41,726 bases of DNA from an uncultured Bacilli bacterium (GCA_947632625.1 CANRPZ010000001.1:1-41726); one strand, 5' to 3'; shown: positions 27,873 to 37,596, numbered from the stretch's first letter. The notes: generated from the sequence alone by a model not told the origin. A program made the numbers and translations.

Positions 27873-27901
27873 ATATTACACTTTTTCCTTCCAAATGTAA
27901 A
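27873..27901 (-). promoter_or_regulatory. Candidate sigma-A promoter of the dcw operon
   Basis: Minus strand: TTTACA, a 17-nt spacer, then TAATAT, which overlaps a perfect TATAAT 3 nt further downstream. Confidence 0.5.
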
Positions 27902-27933
27902 TAGCTAATTCCGCTTTTTTTTAAAAATTGACA

Positions 27934-27961
27934 TAAAAAAAAGAAGAACAAATTTCTTCTC
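27934..27961 (-). terminator. Intrinsic terminator after efp
   Basis: A 7-bp stem AGAAGAA/TTCTTCT with a 5-nt loop is followed by T7 on the minus strand, 11 nt after the efp stop. Confidence 0.7.
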
Positions 27962-27971
27962 TTTAAAAATT

Positions 27972-28532
27972 TTATGCTCTACTTGAATATTTACCATCTT
28001 TAGTAGAAATAATAATTTTTTCGCCACTTTCAATAAATAATGGCACCTTTACCACATAACCTGTTTCAAGGGTAGCATCCTTCATCGCATTATTGGTTGT
28101 ATTTCCTTTAACAGCTGGTTCGGTTTCCGTAACGGTAAATTCTATTTTTTCTGGTAATGTAATGCCAATAATTTCTCCTTCATAAAAATCAATTAAGATT
28201 TCTAAATTCTCTTTTAAAAATTTCTTATCGTCTCCTAAAACAGAAGAAGGAATTTCAATTTGTTCATAAGTATTCGTATCCATAAAAACATAATTATCAC
28301 CACTTGCATATAAATATTGCATTGGAGATTTGGTAATATGAGCACGATCGACTTTTGTTCCTGAATTAAAAGATACCTCGGTAATAGAACCGGTTTTTAA
28401 ATTTTTAAGTTTCATTTTAACAAAAGCAGCACCTTTACCAGGTTTAACATGCGAAAATTCTTGAATCATACAAGGATAACCATCTACCATAATGGTCATA
28501 CCATTTTTAATATCATTAACACTGATATTCAT
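27972..28532 (-). CDS. efp: Elongation factor P
   Basis: MNISVNDIKNGMTI..FSHVKPGKGAAFVKMKLKNL. The length of 186 aa is typical. Confidence 0.93.
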   Translation of the reverse strand: MNISVNDIKNGMTIMVDGYPCMIQEFSHVKPGKGAAFVKMKLKNLKTGSITEVSFNSGTKVDRAHITKSPMQYLYASGDNYVFMDTNTYEQIEIPSSVLGDDKKFLKENLEILIDFYEGEIIGITLPEKIEFTVTETEPAVKGNTTNNAMKDATLETGYVVKVPLFIESGEKIIISTKDGKYSSRA

Positions 28533-28543
28533 AACTTAACCTC

Positions 28544-28717
28544 CTATTTTCCTAATTTAGTTTCTTTAAATAAAGTTGTCTTATTACATTTTGGACAATA
28601 TTTATTTATTTCGACTTTATCAGGCGTATTTTTTTTATTTTTTATACTTGGTCTTCTTTGATATCCACATTCTGTACACTTAAGACCAAAAAATACTCTA
28701 TTAAGATTTTTTGCCAT
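28544..28717 (-). CDS. rpmG: 50S ribosomal protein L33 (zinc-ribbon form)
   Basis: MAKNLNRVFFGLKCTECGYQRRPSIKNKKNTPDKVEINKYCPKCNKTTLFKETK carries CxxC...CxxC. The start is set at the internal ATG preceded by AGAGAGG. Confidence 0.8.
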   Translation of the reverse strand: MAKNLNRVFFGLKCTECGYQRRPSIKNKKNTPDKVEINKYCPKCNKTTLFKETKLGK

Positions 28718-28788
28718 GTAAGATACCTCTCTTTCTTTTAAAACTATATGTATTATATAGTAAATAGTACCATTTTGCAAACAAATTT

Positions 28789-30735
28789 TTATGGTTCAAA
28801 TAAATAATCACTCACAGCTTTACTAATATAGCGATTAATGTAAGCAAAAAAATCAGTAGAACCATTATAATGACTTACGTTTGGACTTACAACGACCATA
28901 CTATATTTAGGATTCTCTTTAGGTGCATACATAGCAAAAGTATTATTAATCGTTTGTTTATCTCCGATTCCATCCATATCGCTATCATAAATGGTTTCAC
29001 TCGTCCCGGTTTTTCCAACAGCATTATATTTTACATCGACATACCCAGATCCAGTTCCACCATTGATAACTTGATAAAGTCCTGTTTTAATACGATCAAA
29101 ATATTTTTCTTCTAAAGAAAAGGTACTTAAAATCTCTGGTTGGTTTTCTACTAAAATCGTTCCATCCGAATCAACAATTTTTTTCATTAAAGAAAGGCGA
29201 TAACGTACTCCATTGTTATAAATGGTATTAATATATTGTAATAAAGCAAGTGGCGTATAGGTATCATACTGTCCAATTGCAAAGTTTAAAAGTAAATCGG
29301 GTGCTATTTTAGTTCCCTTTATCCCTGTTTGTTCATTTGGTAAATCAATACCGGTTTTTTCCCCTAATCCAAATTGAGCAAAGGCATTTCGATATAAATT
29401 AAATTCCTTTTCTGTTACTTGCATTTTTAAATTTGGTCGATAAGTATACCCTGCTAATTTTATGGCTAGTAAAAACTGATAATAATTAGAACTTGTTTTT
29501 AAAGCAGTTATATCATCGATATAGCCAAGACTTTTATAGGAGCATTTTTGTGGAACTAAATACAATTTTACACAGGCATCTTTAATCTTTTTACCCACAT
29601 CTACCAAATTTTGTTGATAAGCTAAAGCCATACTTGCTCCCTTAACGATACTACCTGCCGTAAAAGATAAATGCACTACATCACTTTCAACATTTTTAAA
29701 CACATCATTTTTTAAATATTTTAAACCGACTATGGCTTTAATCTTTCCATCGTTAGGACTACCTACAATCACATAGCTTCCCTGATAGTATTCGGTATTT
29801 TTTAATTGCTTTCCCTTTTTTATTTCCTCTTTAACAATGCTTTCAATCGCCTGTTGTAAATCGATATCAATGGATAAAACTAAATCTGCACCCCTTTTTC
29901 CCGCTTTTACTAAAGAAAGTGTTCCATCCTCCATCACTTTAAAAACATCTTTTTCTCCCTGTAAATAAGAATCATATTGTTTCTCTAAATAACTAATTCC
30001 CACTAAATCATTTAAATTATAGCCCAACTGCAAGTATTCCTCTACCTGCTCTTTAGGAATAGTACCAATCGTTCCAAAAATACTTTTTAACGTATTTTGA
30101 TAAGGATAATCTCTTTTAAAATACATTTCACTTGTAATCCCTTTGATTCTTTCTTCTAAAATGCGCGCATATTCTTCTTCCGTTACATCTTCTTTAATAA
30201 TTTTAGCATCATAATAGTAGCCTTTATTCATTAAATTATAAATAGAAATAGCTTTTTTATCTGTTGGCGTATACATTTTAATCTGTTCATCCGTAATACG
30301 ATCTAATTTTAATAAATATAAATCTTGACTATTTAACTTGCGCATTTCATATAAGGCGTACTCTTCTTCGGTAATTAATTTAGATGCTTCTTCTTCATTT
30401 GTTAACATCCAAAATTTTTTTAATTCCGTTTTACTTAAATTTTCCTTAACATCTAGAATTTCTGCAAGTTGATAAGCAATAGAGATTTCTTCTTTACTTT
30501 GAATTGAATTAACTTTGTGATAAACAATTGTCTTTACTCCCACATTATCGACCAAAACACGTCCTTTCGTATCCAATATTCTTCCTCTAGGAGTAGATAA
30601 AGATTGCACATAAATATTGGTTTTTTCTAAATACGATTCCTGATAATATTCTTGACGATTAAAAATTTTTCTATAAAGCATAAAACAGGTAAAAGAAAAT
30701 AAAAATAAAATAGGAACAATATAAAACTTTTTCAT
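28789..30735 (-). CDS. Class B penicillin-binding protein 2 (elongation-type, no PASTA)
   Basis: A TM anchor, PRGRILDTKGRVL, SxxK (TAGSIVKGAS), SxN (KTSSNYY) and KTG (GKTGTSE). The start is set at ATG 30735, with AGGTG 6 nt upstream. Confidence 0.85.
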   Translation of the reverse strand: MKKFYIVPILFLFSFTCFMLYRKIFNRQEYYQESYLEKTNIYVQSLSTPRGRILDTKGRVLVDNVGVKTIVYHKVNSIQSKEEISIAYQLAEILDVKENLSKTELKKFWMLTNEEEASKLITEEEYALYEMRKLNSQDLYLLKLDRITDEQIKMYTPTDKKAISIYNLMNKGYYYDAKIIKEDVTEEEYARILEERIKGITSEMYFKRDYPYQNTLKSIFGTIGTIPKEQVEEYLQLGYNLNDLVGISYLEKQYDSYLQGEKDVFKVMEDGTLSLVKAGKRGADLVLSIDIDLQQAIESIVKEEIKKGKQLKNTEYYQGSYVIVGSPNDGKIKAIVGLKYLKNDVFKNVESDVVHLSFTAGSIVKGASMALAYQQNLVDVGKKIKDACVKLYLVPQKCSYKSLGYIDDITALKTSSNYYQFLLAIKLAGYTYRPNLKMQVTEKEFNLYRNAFAQFGLGEKTGIDLPNEQTGIKGTKIAPDLLLNFAIGQYDTYTPLALLQYINTIYNNGVRYRLSLMKKIVDSDGTILVENQPEILSTFSLEEKYFDRIKTGLYQVINGGTGSGYVDVKYNAVGKTGTSETIYDSDMDGIGDKQTINNTFAMYAPKENPKYSMVVVSPNVSHYNGSTDFFAYINRYISKAVSDYLFEP

Positions 30736-30799
30736 ACAATACACCTGTTATTAGTATTCAAAAAAATCATATTTTCATACAATATACTAGGTGGTATTT

Positions 30800-31060
30800 A
30801 TGTATAATATAATAGAAAGATATATGGATCATTTAACAAAAGAGCAAGTAGAGTCTTTTGCCAAAAAAAATAATATCAATTTATCGGAAGAAGAACTCGA
30901 TTTCACTTATCTTTTTGTAAAAAAAAATTGGGCAACGGTAATTGCCAATCCAAATGCTCTAAATTTAGATCGCTATAAAGATAAATTTTCTGAAGAAAAC
31001 TTAATTAAGATTAAAAAATTATGCAAAGAATATTCTATACGTTATAAAAATTATTTGTAA
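30800..31060 (+). CDS. Small conserved protein, DUF2624/YqfT-like (call by position next to nfo)
   Basis: AGGTGG lies 5 nt upstream of ATG 30800. The 86-aa helical protein is convergent with, and overlaps, the nfo 3' end. The family call is tentative. Confidence 0.5.
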   Translation: MYNIIERYMDHLTKEQVESFAKKNNINLSEEELDFTYLFVKKNWATVIANPNALNLDRYKDKFSEENLIKIKKLCKEYSIRYKNYL

Positions 31061-31929
31061 TATTCTATGATTTCTTCTATTAGATTGGGATTTTTATTGC
31101 CTGATTTTAAAGATTCAATTTCTTGTTTAAAAGGGGGATATTCTTTTAAAACATAAGGTGTTTCTAATATTTTAGGAACATCTTTTAATTTTTCATGTGT
31201 TGCAATAGCATGCAAAGTAGCAAAACCAATCGTTCCTAAACCAATGTTTTCATGGCGATCTTTGTGAGACCCTAAAGGATTTTTACTATCATTTAAATGA
31301 ATGCAATGAATTTTATCTATCCCAATAAGAGAATCAATTTCTTTTAATAAATCATCAAAAAGCATCATGTTGTATCCCGCATCATTTAAATGGCAAGTAT
31401 CAATACAAATTCCAATATTTTTACTTTTTACCCCATCTAAAATTGTTTTAATTTCTTCTAAAGTACAACCACATTCGCTTCCTTTACCAGCCATTGTTTC
31501 TAAAAGAATCATTGGTTCATCTTCCCTAATAATTTCATTTAAAGCATTAATTATATTTTGTAGTGCCACATTTTTTTCTAAACCAACAGCACTCCCCGGA
31601 TGCACTACAATATAAGAAATACCTAAAACTTGGCATCTTTTTATTTCTTGTTTTAAAAATTGAATGCTAAATTGCCATTTTAGAATATCTTTTGTATTAG
31701 CAAGATTAATAATGTAAGGAGCATGACAAATCACATTTTTAATCGAAATACCTTCTTCTTTCATTAATTCTTTAGCTTTTTTTGTTAAAGTCACATCTAT
31801 ATCTTTTCGAATTGTATTTTGAGGAGCCCCCGTATAAAACATAAAGGCATTTGCTCCATAACTTATAGCTTGTTTAACGCTTCCTAAAAGTTGTTCGTTT
31901 GTAAAATTTACATGAGACCCAATTAACAT
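31051..31929 (-). CDS. nfo: Endonuclease IV
   Basis: MLIGSHVNF.., VVHPGS, ETMAGKG, CIDTCH and HLNDSK are the metal-binding signatures of the Nfo TIM barrel. The start is set at ATG 31929 after GGTGAGG. Confidence 0.88.
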   Translation of the reverse strand: MLIGSHVNFTNEQLLGSVKQAISYGANAFMFYTGAPQNTIRKDIDVTLTKKAKELMKEEGISIKNVICHAPYIINLANTKDILKWQFSIQFLKQEIKRCQVLGISYIVVHPGSAVGLEKNVALQNIINALNEIIREDEPMILLETMAGKGSECGCTLEEIKTILDGVKSKNIGICIDTCHLNDAGYNMMLFDDLLKEIDSLIGIDKIHCIHLNDSKNPLGSHKDRHENIGLGTIGFATLHAIATHEKLKDVPKILETPYVLKEYPPFKQEIESLKSGNKNPNLIEEIIEYYK

Positions 31930-31964
31930 ACTTACCTCACCTAATTCAATTATCGCATAAAAGG

Positions 31965-31991
31965 GCAAAAAAAAGAAGCTATTTTTAGCTT
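31965..31991 (-). terminator. Intrinsic terminator after the pilin gene
   Basis: The minus strand reads AAGCTAAAAATAGCTT followed by CTTTTTTTT. The stem overlaps the stop codon. Confidence 0.55.
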
Positions 31992-32463
31992 ATGAGAATT
32001 TTTTAGAGGCTTCATTATTACAGGTTGTCGATGCACTCGTACCATTAGTAGCTTCTTTTCCCGTTGCTCCAGCATCTTTTCCGTCAATAACAAAGCTTCC
32101 ATTACTAATCCAAAATTTATAAGTTACTTTCTTACCGGTTGAATCTGGAGAAACAAGTACACTACCCGTATATTTATCAGTGCTTCCTTTACTAAATAAT
32201 CCTTCCTTATATAAATATTGTAAATCAAAGCAAGCGGCTCCCGTTGTAATATCTCCCTCCAATATCGCAGATTGATAAGCATTCTTTGCGGCATTTATTA
32301 AAGTATTTCCCTCAATCGCTAAAGCATTTTTTCGAGCTGTATCCATTTGCGAAAGCACACTATTCGTAGCAATTAATATGATAACGGCTAAAATAACAAT
32401 TACCGCTAATAACTCTACCAATGTAAAACCTTTTTTATTTGCTATTTTCATAAATTTTTTCAC
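31990..32463 (-). CDS. Type IV pilin / pseudopilin with prepilin N-terminal methylation motif
   Basis: The leader MKKFMKIANKKG is followed by FTLVELLAVIVILAVIILIA (the G|FTLxE class III signal). The C-terminal globular part has two Cys residues. Confidence 0.8.
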   Translation of the reverse strand: MKKFMKIANKKGFTLVELLAVIVILAVIILIATNSVLSQMDTARKNALAIEGNTLINAAKNAYQSAILEGDITTGAACFDLQYLYKEGLFSKGSTDKYTGSVLVSPDSTGKKVTYKFWISNGSFVIDGKDAGATGKEATNGTSASTTCNNEASKKFS

Positions 32464-32533
32464 TATCCTCTTTTATTATCAATAACATTATACTATATTA
32501 AAAATTTAGTTGTCAATGAAAGTTTAAAATTTT

Positions 32534-32860
32534 TTATGTAAATAAAGATTTAACGATACCAAAAAGCTCCGTAATGCCCTTTGACATAAAATCTTCGACG
32601 CGTCCACCTATAAAAACAGCAGCATCTGTAGTGTGATTACTATAATCGTTTTTTTCCTCAAAAACATAAGCCTGTACATCTATTGGATTTCCTTCCTTTA
32701 CATCCTGTTCAAATTTTTTAATACTTTCTTCGGTCATAGCGGTTTTTTTAGAGACTTTAGCTTCGTAATAGCCACTTTCTAAAGCAATGTATAAACTTAC
32801 AAACAAAAGAAATAAAAGACCAAGTATTCTAAAAAAAGGATTTTTATCTTTTTTTTTCAT
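32534..32860 (-). CDS. Small membrane protein, YqxA-like by position downstream of spoIIP
   Basis: 108 aa with one N-terminal TM segment, starting 2 nt after the spoIIP stop. The same arrangement occurs as spoIIP-yqxA in Bacillus subtilis. Confidence 0.4.
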   Translation of the reverse strand: MKKKDKNPFFRILGLLFLLFVSLYIALESGYYEAKVSKKTAMTEESIKKFEQDVKEGNPIDVQAYVFEEKNDYSNHTTDAAVFIGGRVEDFMSKGITELFGIVKSLFT

Positions 32861-32861
32861 T

Positions 32862-33812
32862 TTAATTTCCTTTCACATATTCATAAAGAGCTTCTGCTAA
32901 AATAGTTAAAGTATTATTAACCTCAATAATAGTATTGTATTGTCCCCCTACCTCAATTAAAATAGCATTGGGACTAATATTTTGATTATAAATTCCATTA
33001 ACTCCACTACCCCCTTTTAGTGAGATGCCCCTCGAAAGAGTTTTATAATGTTCATTTAAATAATCGTTTAAAAATTCGGCCATTTGCTGATTTTTTTCAT
33101 AATCAGGATGATCTTTTCCTATAACAAACAAAACTTTTGCATATTTTTTATTATTCATTTCCGTTGTGGTCACCTCATAAGACATTGAATCCCTATGCAA
33201 ATCAATAAAATAATTTAACGTTGGATTTTTTAAAATAGCATCCTCTAATAAAATTTTACTTGCTGCATAGGAGTAAGAATATTTCCAACTATGAATTCTT
33301 AAAAGTTCTGCTATATCATTCGTTTCTACCATAGATGGAACTCCCAAATCATTTAAGGATTCTCTTAAAATATACGAAGCCATTAATACACTTGGCGTTA
33401 TGTTATAGGAAGCATTATTACTTTTCTGATACCCTTCCGTTTGATGGGTATTGTAAATGTATACCTTCGGCTCTTTTACATCATTTGGATACGGATCTTC
33501 AATATAATCAGCTTCAATACCACTTACCTTATCACTAGGCTCCTCTTTTAAAGGTTCTATACCAAACGTATATTTAAGAAGAAAATTGGTACTATTTAAA
33601 TTTAAGATATCGTAAAACAAATTAGAACTTTTTTTTGTATTTAAATTATAATTCACAATAGAATTAATGACATATTCATTATCCAATTTTGCTAAAAATT
33701 TATTATATAAAAACCGAAAAACATAAAAAAAAGTAAGCAAAAATATCCCTACACTAAAAATAAGCTTATATTTCCATTTTAATTTTCTTTTTGTTTTTAT
33801 CCTTTTTTTCAT
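32862..33812 (-). CDS. spoIIP: Stage II sporulation protein P
   Basis: An N-terminal TM segment, VYIYNTHQTEGY, IDLHRDS and VLFVIG. The position next to gpr matches Bacilli. Confidence 0.8.
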   Translation of the reverse strand: MKKRIKTKRKLKWKYKLIFSVGIFLLTFFYVFRFLYNKFLAKLDNEYVINSIVNYNLNTKKSSNLFYDILNLNSTNFLLKYTFGIEPLKEEPSDKVSGIEADYIEDPYPNDVKEPKVYIYNTHQTEGYQKSNNASYNITPSVLMASYILRESLNDLGVPSMVETNDIAELLRIHSWKYSYSYAASKILLEDAILKNPTLNYFIDLHRDSMSYEVTTTEMNNKKYAKVLFVIGKDHPDYEKNQQMAEFLNDYLNEHYKTLSRGISLKGGSGVNGIYNQNISPNAILIEVGGQYNTIIEVNNTLTILAEALYEYVKGN

Positions 33813-33872
33813 TTCTTATACTCCTTTAGATTAGTATAAAAAATAAAAATGAAAAATTATGTCAAAAAAAAT

Positions 33873-34610
33873 TTATTTTATAAATAAATGATGGATACTA
33901 CTAGAAATAATATTAGAAGAAGCATCAATGACCTCTTGAATCGTTGTTGTAGTATAATACGTTTTATTCTTTTTTAAAACACAAGGAACACCAATGGATA
34001 TTACAGGAATACGAAAAGTTTTTTTATTTATTTCTTTGGCAGAATTTAAAGCTACCCCTGGAATAATACCAGTATCATTAATTTCAATTGCTTGGTTTAA
34101 ATAGGAATTTTCTTTGGTTAATAAAGAATCAACCATTAAAATAATATCGGGTTTTAAATCCTTCACCACCATTTCAATTAATTTAAAGGAACTAATTCCC
34201 GTTTTTTCTATAACAGAGGGATTAAATAAAGCAATTTTAGGAATCGTTAAAAAGTCTTGGTATTGATTTGTAGCAATTAATTTATCGGTCGTATTGACTC
34301 CTAATGCATCCGCAAGCACATTTTTATTTCCTAAACCAACAACTAAAATCGTTCGACTTTTTTGATATTTCTTTAAAAAAGTTTTTAAAATTCGTTCGAC
34401 CTCTTTAGCTAAAAGATTTTGTTTTAATATTAAATTGTCGTAAGAAAAAGTAATGATAAAGTAATCACCCTCCTCTTTTTTTAATCGTTTTTTATTTTCT
34501 TTAGAAATGAAATAATGACTTGTTTTAAAAAAAGCGTTTTTTTTCTCTTCAACGATTGTTTTTGGTTCTATTTTTTCAACACCTACATCTAAAAAAAGAT
34601 TTTGCTTCAT
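33873..34610 (-). CDS. gpr: Spore germination protease (GPR, peptidase A25), compact form
   Basis: ILVVGLGNKNVLADALG, MVDSL, INDTGIIPG and PVISIGVPCV align by eye with B. subtilis Gpr core motifs. It is divergent from rpsT, as in Bacillus. At 245 aa it is shorter than the roughly 370-aa Bacillus enzyme. A CATAATA forespore-type -10 candidate lies at 34629..34635. Confidence 0.7.
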   Translation of the reverse strand: MKQNLFLDVGVEKIEPKTIVEEKKNAFFKTSHYFISKENKKRLKKEEGDYFIITFSYDNLILKQNLLAKEVERILKTFLKKYQKSRTILVVGLGNKNVLADALGVNTTDKLIATNQYQDFLTIPKIALFNPSVIEKTGISSFKLIEMVVKDLKPDIILMVDSLLTKENSYLNQAIEINDTGIIPGVALNSAKEINKKTFRIPVISIGVPCVLKKNKTYYTTTTIQEVIDASSNIISSSIHHLFIK

Positions 34611-34733
34611 ACTAAAATCACCTATTTTTATTATGAAAATATTTTTTTATTTCATTACATAGAATATATAAAACTTGCAAAATAGTTATTCTTTTGATAG
34701 AATTGTTAATGAATTTAGGGAAAGGAGATTTTT

Positions 34734-34997
34734 ATGCCTAATATTAAAAGTTCAAAAAAAGCTGTAAAAGTAATTGCGAAGAAAACCGAAAATAATCATG
34801 AACTTAAAGCCAAAGTTAAAAATTTAATTAAAAATACAGATATTGCAATTAAGGCTGGGGATAAAGAAAAAGCATCTTCTTTATATGAAGAGGTTAAAAA
34901 ATCTATCGATCATGCTGTAAGTAAAGGTTTTATTAAATTAAATACGGCAGCTAGACAAAAATCTAGATTAGCAAATAAAATTAAAGAAATGAAGTAA
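34734..34997 (+). CDS. rpsT: 30S ribosomal protein S20
   Basis: MPNIKSSKKAVKV.. is basic, helical and 87 aa long. AAAGGAG lies 7 nt upstream. Confidence 0.9.
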   Translation: MPNIKSSKKAVKVIAKKTENNHELKAKVKNLIKNTDIAIKAGDKEKASSLYEEVKKSIDHAVSKGFIKLNTAARQKSRLANKIKEMK

Positions 34998-35048
34998 TCT
35001 ATTCTTGAGTGCTTCATTTTTTAATGTTAAAATGAATATGGTGATTCT

Positions 35049-36020
35049 ATGCAAATAATTAAAAAAGGAATTCCTATTTTTTGTATTCTTTTTATTGGTC
35101 TTGTTATCTTAAATGTCAATCAAATTTCGGATTCAATAGCTAGAGCTTTAGAAAAAAATCCTAAAGTTTTTGTAGAAGAAGGTAATGAATATAAAAAAGA
35201 GGATGATTTTATTTACGTTCAAAATACAAAAGATTTTGTCCCCTTAAGTTATAATGATTTATTAAATATTTACTATACTATTTTAAATAATGGCTATGAA
35301 AATTTTACGTTTTATTGTCCAAGTGAATATAAAGATTGTACAAAAGATGTAGCAGACATTAGTAACAATCCCGAAACTTTATCTTATATTAGCAATTTTG
35401 TTCATCCTTTTAATAGCTTTACGGATGATCCAAATAAACCAACAACCACCGAAATTTATGAATCAGGGGAAATAAATATTACGGTGCACTATTTATATAC
35501 GGAAGAAGAAAAGAAAGTATTAAACCAAAAAGTGGATGAAATTTTAAAAGAAACAACACATGATAACTGGACAGAAGCAGAAAATATAAAAGCAATACAT
35601 GACTATATTATTAATCATACAAAATATGATACAGATAATTTATATCCAAATGATAATAACAAAGCAACCGGACCACTTTTATATGGATATGCAACTTGTA
35701 GTGGATACACAGATGCCATGGCACTGTTTTTAGAAAAAATGGGAATCAAAAATTTTAAAGTCGCTACAAAATTTATTAGTGAAGATACCTCTGGACATAT
35801 TTGGAATGCCGTTTTTGTAAATAATCGTTGGGTTCATTTAGATTTAACTTGGGACGATCCAGTCGATACCTCAAAAGACCAAAACGATCGCATTGATTAT
35901 TTGGAATACAATTATTTTTTAATCACAAGTGAACAATTAGAAAAAAAAGATAAAGACGGCGATGTCGTAATAAAGGATCACTTATTTAGCCAACGAATTT
36001 ATCCAGAATTAAAAAAATAA
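35049..36020 (+). CDS. Membrane-anchored transglutaminase-like (papain-fold) domain protein
   Basis: An N-terminal TM segment is followed by GYATCSGYTDAMALFL (Cys), SGHIWNAV (His) and HLDLTWDD (Asp), forming the transglutaminase core triad. Confidence 0.7.
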   Translation: MQIIKKGIPIFCILFIGLVILNVNQISDSIARALEKNPKVFVEEGNEYKKEDDFIYVQNTKDFVPLSYNDLLNIYYTILNNGYENFTFYCPSEYKDCTKDVADISNNPETLSYISNFVHPFNSFTDDPNKPTTTEIYESGEINITVHYLYTEEEKKVLNQKVDEILKETTHDNWTEAENIKAIHDYIINHTKYDTDNLYPNDNNKATGPLLYGYATCSGYTDAMALFLEKMGIKNFKVATKFISEDTSGHIWNAVFVNNRWVHLDLTWDDPVDTSKDQNDRIDYLEYNYFLITSEQLEKKDKDGDVVIKDHLFSQRIYPELKK

Positions 36021-36024
36021 TGTT

Positions 36025-36918
36025 TTACACATTACTTTTTTTTTGCAAATCAATATACTCTTCTACCTCTTTTATCGTTTTATCAAAATGTTCGTAATCT
36101 ACAGAAAACCATTGCACATTCATTTGATTCTTAAACCACGTATATTGTCTTTTAGCATATTTTCGAGAATTTTTTTGGCATTCTAAAATTACCTCTTCTA
36201 AAGTTTTTTCTCCATCAAAATACGAATAAAATTCTTTATAACCAATTCCTGTCATTAAAGGCTTTGTTTTTAATTTTGCATCATAAAAAGGCTTTATTTC
36301 TGCTATTAAAGGATCTACCATCTTTAAAAAACGTTCATTAATTTTTTGATACAAAATATCTCGATTGGTTGTAAGTCCAATAAATAAAGTATCCGGATAC
36401 AATAAATCATTTTTATTATTTGAAAATTCATCTTGATTTTCTAATTTTTGTAAAATGCGGATTAATCTTTTACGATTTTTTTGATCATACTGTAAATCTT
36501 TGTGATAAGCTTCTATTTTCTCTACAAGTTCTTCATTTGTAAGTGCATCATAATTCTTTTTAATTTTTTCTTCACTAAATTTATAATCATACAAAGCAGC
36601 TTTCAAATATAACCCTGTTCCTCCAACAAAAATAGGAACTTTACCTTTTGCTTTTATTTCCGCAATTTTTTTTCTGGCATCCTTTTGATAATCGTAGACG
36701 GTATACTCTTCCCAAACCTTTTTAATACTTAATAAGTGATGCACAACCCCTTCCATTTCTTCTTGGGTTACTTTAGCTGTTCCAATATCCAGTCCTTCAT
36801 AAATTTGCATAGAATCAGCATTAATGATCTCCCCATTATAAAGATGAGCAAGTGCAATACTTAATTTTGTTTTCCCAACTCCGGTTGGCCCAACAACTGC
36901 TAGAATCAAAAAAATCAC
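36025..36918 (-). CDS. miaA: tRNA dimethylallyltransferase
   Basis: ILAVVGPTGVGKTKLSIALA (P-loop), INADSMQIY and GGTGLYL. Confidence 0.9.
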   Translation of the reverse strand: MIFLILAVVGPTGVGKTKLSIALAHLYNGEIINADSMQIYEGLDIGTAKVTQEEMEGVVHHLLSIKKVWEEYTVYDYQKDARKKIAEIKAKGKVPIFVGGTGLYLKAALYDYKFSEEKIKKNYDALTNEELVEKIEAYHKDLQYDQKNRKRLIRILQKLENQDEFSNNKNDLLYPDTLFIGLTTNRDILYQKINERFLKMVDPLIAEIKPFYDAKLKTKPLMTGIGYKEFYSYFDGEKTLEEVILECQKNSRKYAKRQYTWFKNQMNVQWFSVDYEHFDKTIKEVEEYIDLQKKSNV

Positions 36919-37596
36919 CTACTTTTTTAAACTTCTTGTTTGTTCTTCAACATAATCTTCATAAATTTCAGCATCTATGCCATTTTGGTATAATTCTTTT
37001 TTAAATTCTTCTGTTAAAGGCATATGATAAAACTTTTTCATTCTTTTTTGATAATAATTCAATTTTTCTTTACATTCAGCTAATTTTCTTCTCATTGAAA
37101 TAGTATCAATATCTATTAAATTAGGAGAATCTTTTTGATTTACCAAAACCTCCAAATCTTTCAATTCTTGTAAATAATTTTTTTCACTTTCTAAATTTTG
37201 TTCAAAAAAGAAATTTTGCATTTTCATATTTTTTATTTGCTTTTTCTCATTTAAATAATTGAATAAGCCTCCTAAAAACAAAGAAAATCCAATTATACTA
37301 CTAGAAAATAAGGAAAAAACCATAACAAAATCTTTTGTAATTGATCCATTAAGTAAAAGGAAACAAACTACAAGAAAGAAAGGCAAACTACTGAAAATCC
37401 ATTTTTTATCAACCCCTAAATTTTCGGTTTCTTTATCTATTTGAACTTTATTTTTTTCTATTTCCTCTTCGATAAGTTCAATTTTATTTTCTTGTTTTAA
37501 AACCTCTTCTAAATTATCTGTAAGTGGTCTTGTTGTTAAACCTTTATTACTAAAAACACGAGCGCAATTATCAACAACTACATATTTTATATTCAT
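36919..37596 (-). CDS. Hypothetical membrane protein (two central TM segments flanked by coiled coils)
   Basis: A 225-aa ORF abutting the miaA start. I recognise no motif. Confidence 0.5.
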   Translation of the reverse strand: MNIKYVVVDNCARVFSNKGLTTRPLTDNLEEVLKQENKIELIEEEIEKNKVQIDKETENLGVDKKWIFSSLPFFLVVCFLLLNGSITKDFVMVFSLFSSSIIGFSLFLGGLFNYLNEKKQIKNMKMQNFFFEQNLESEKNYLQELKDLEVLVNQKDSPNLIDIDTISMRRKLAECKEKLNYYQKRMKKFYHMPLTEEFKKELYQNGIDAEIYEDYVEEQTRSLKK

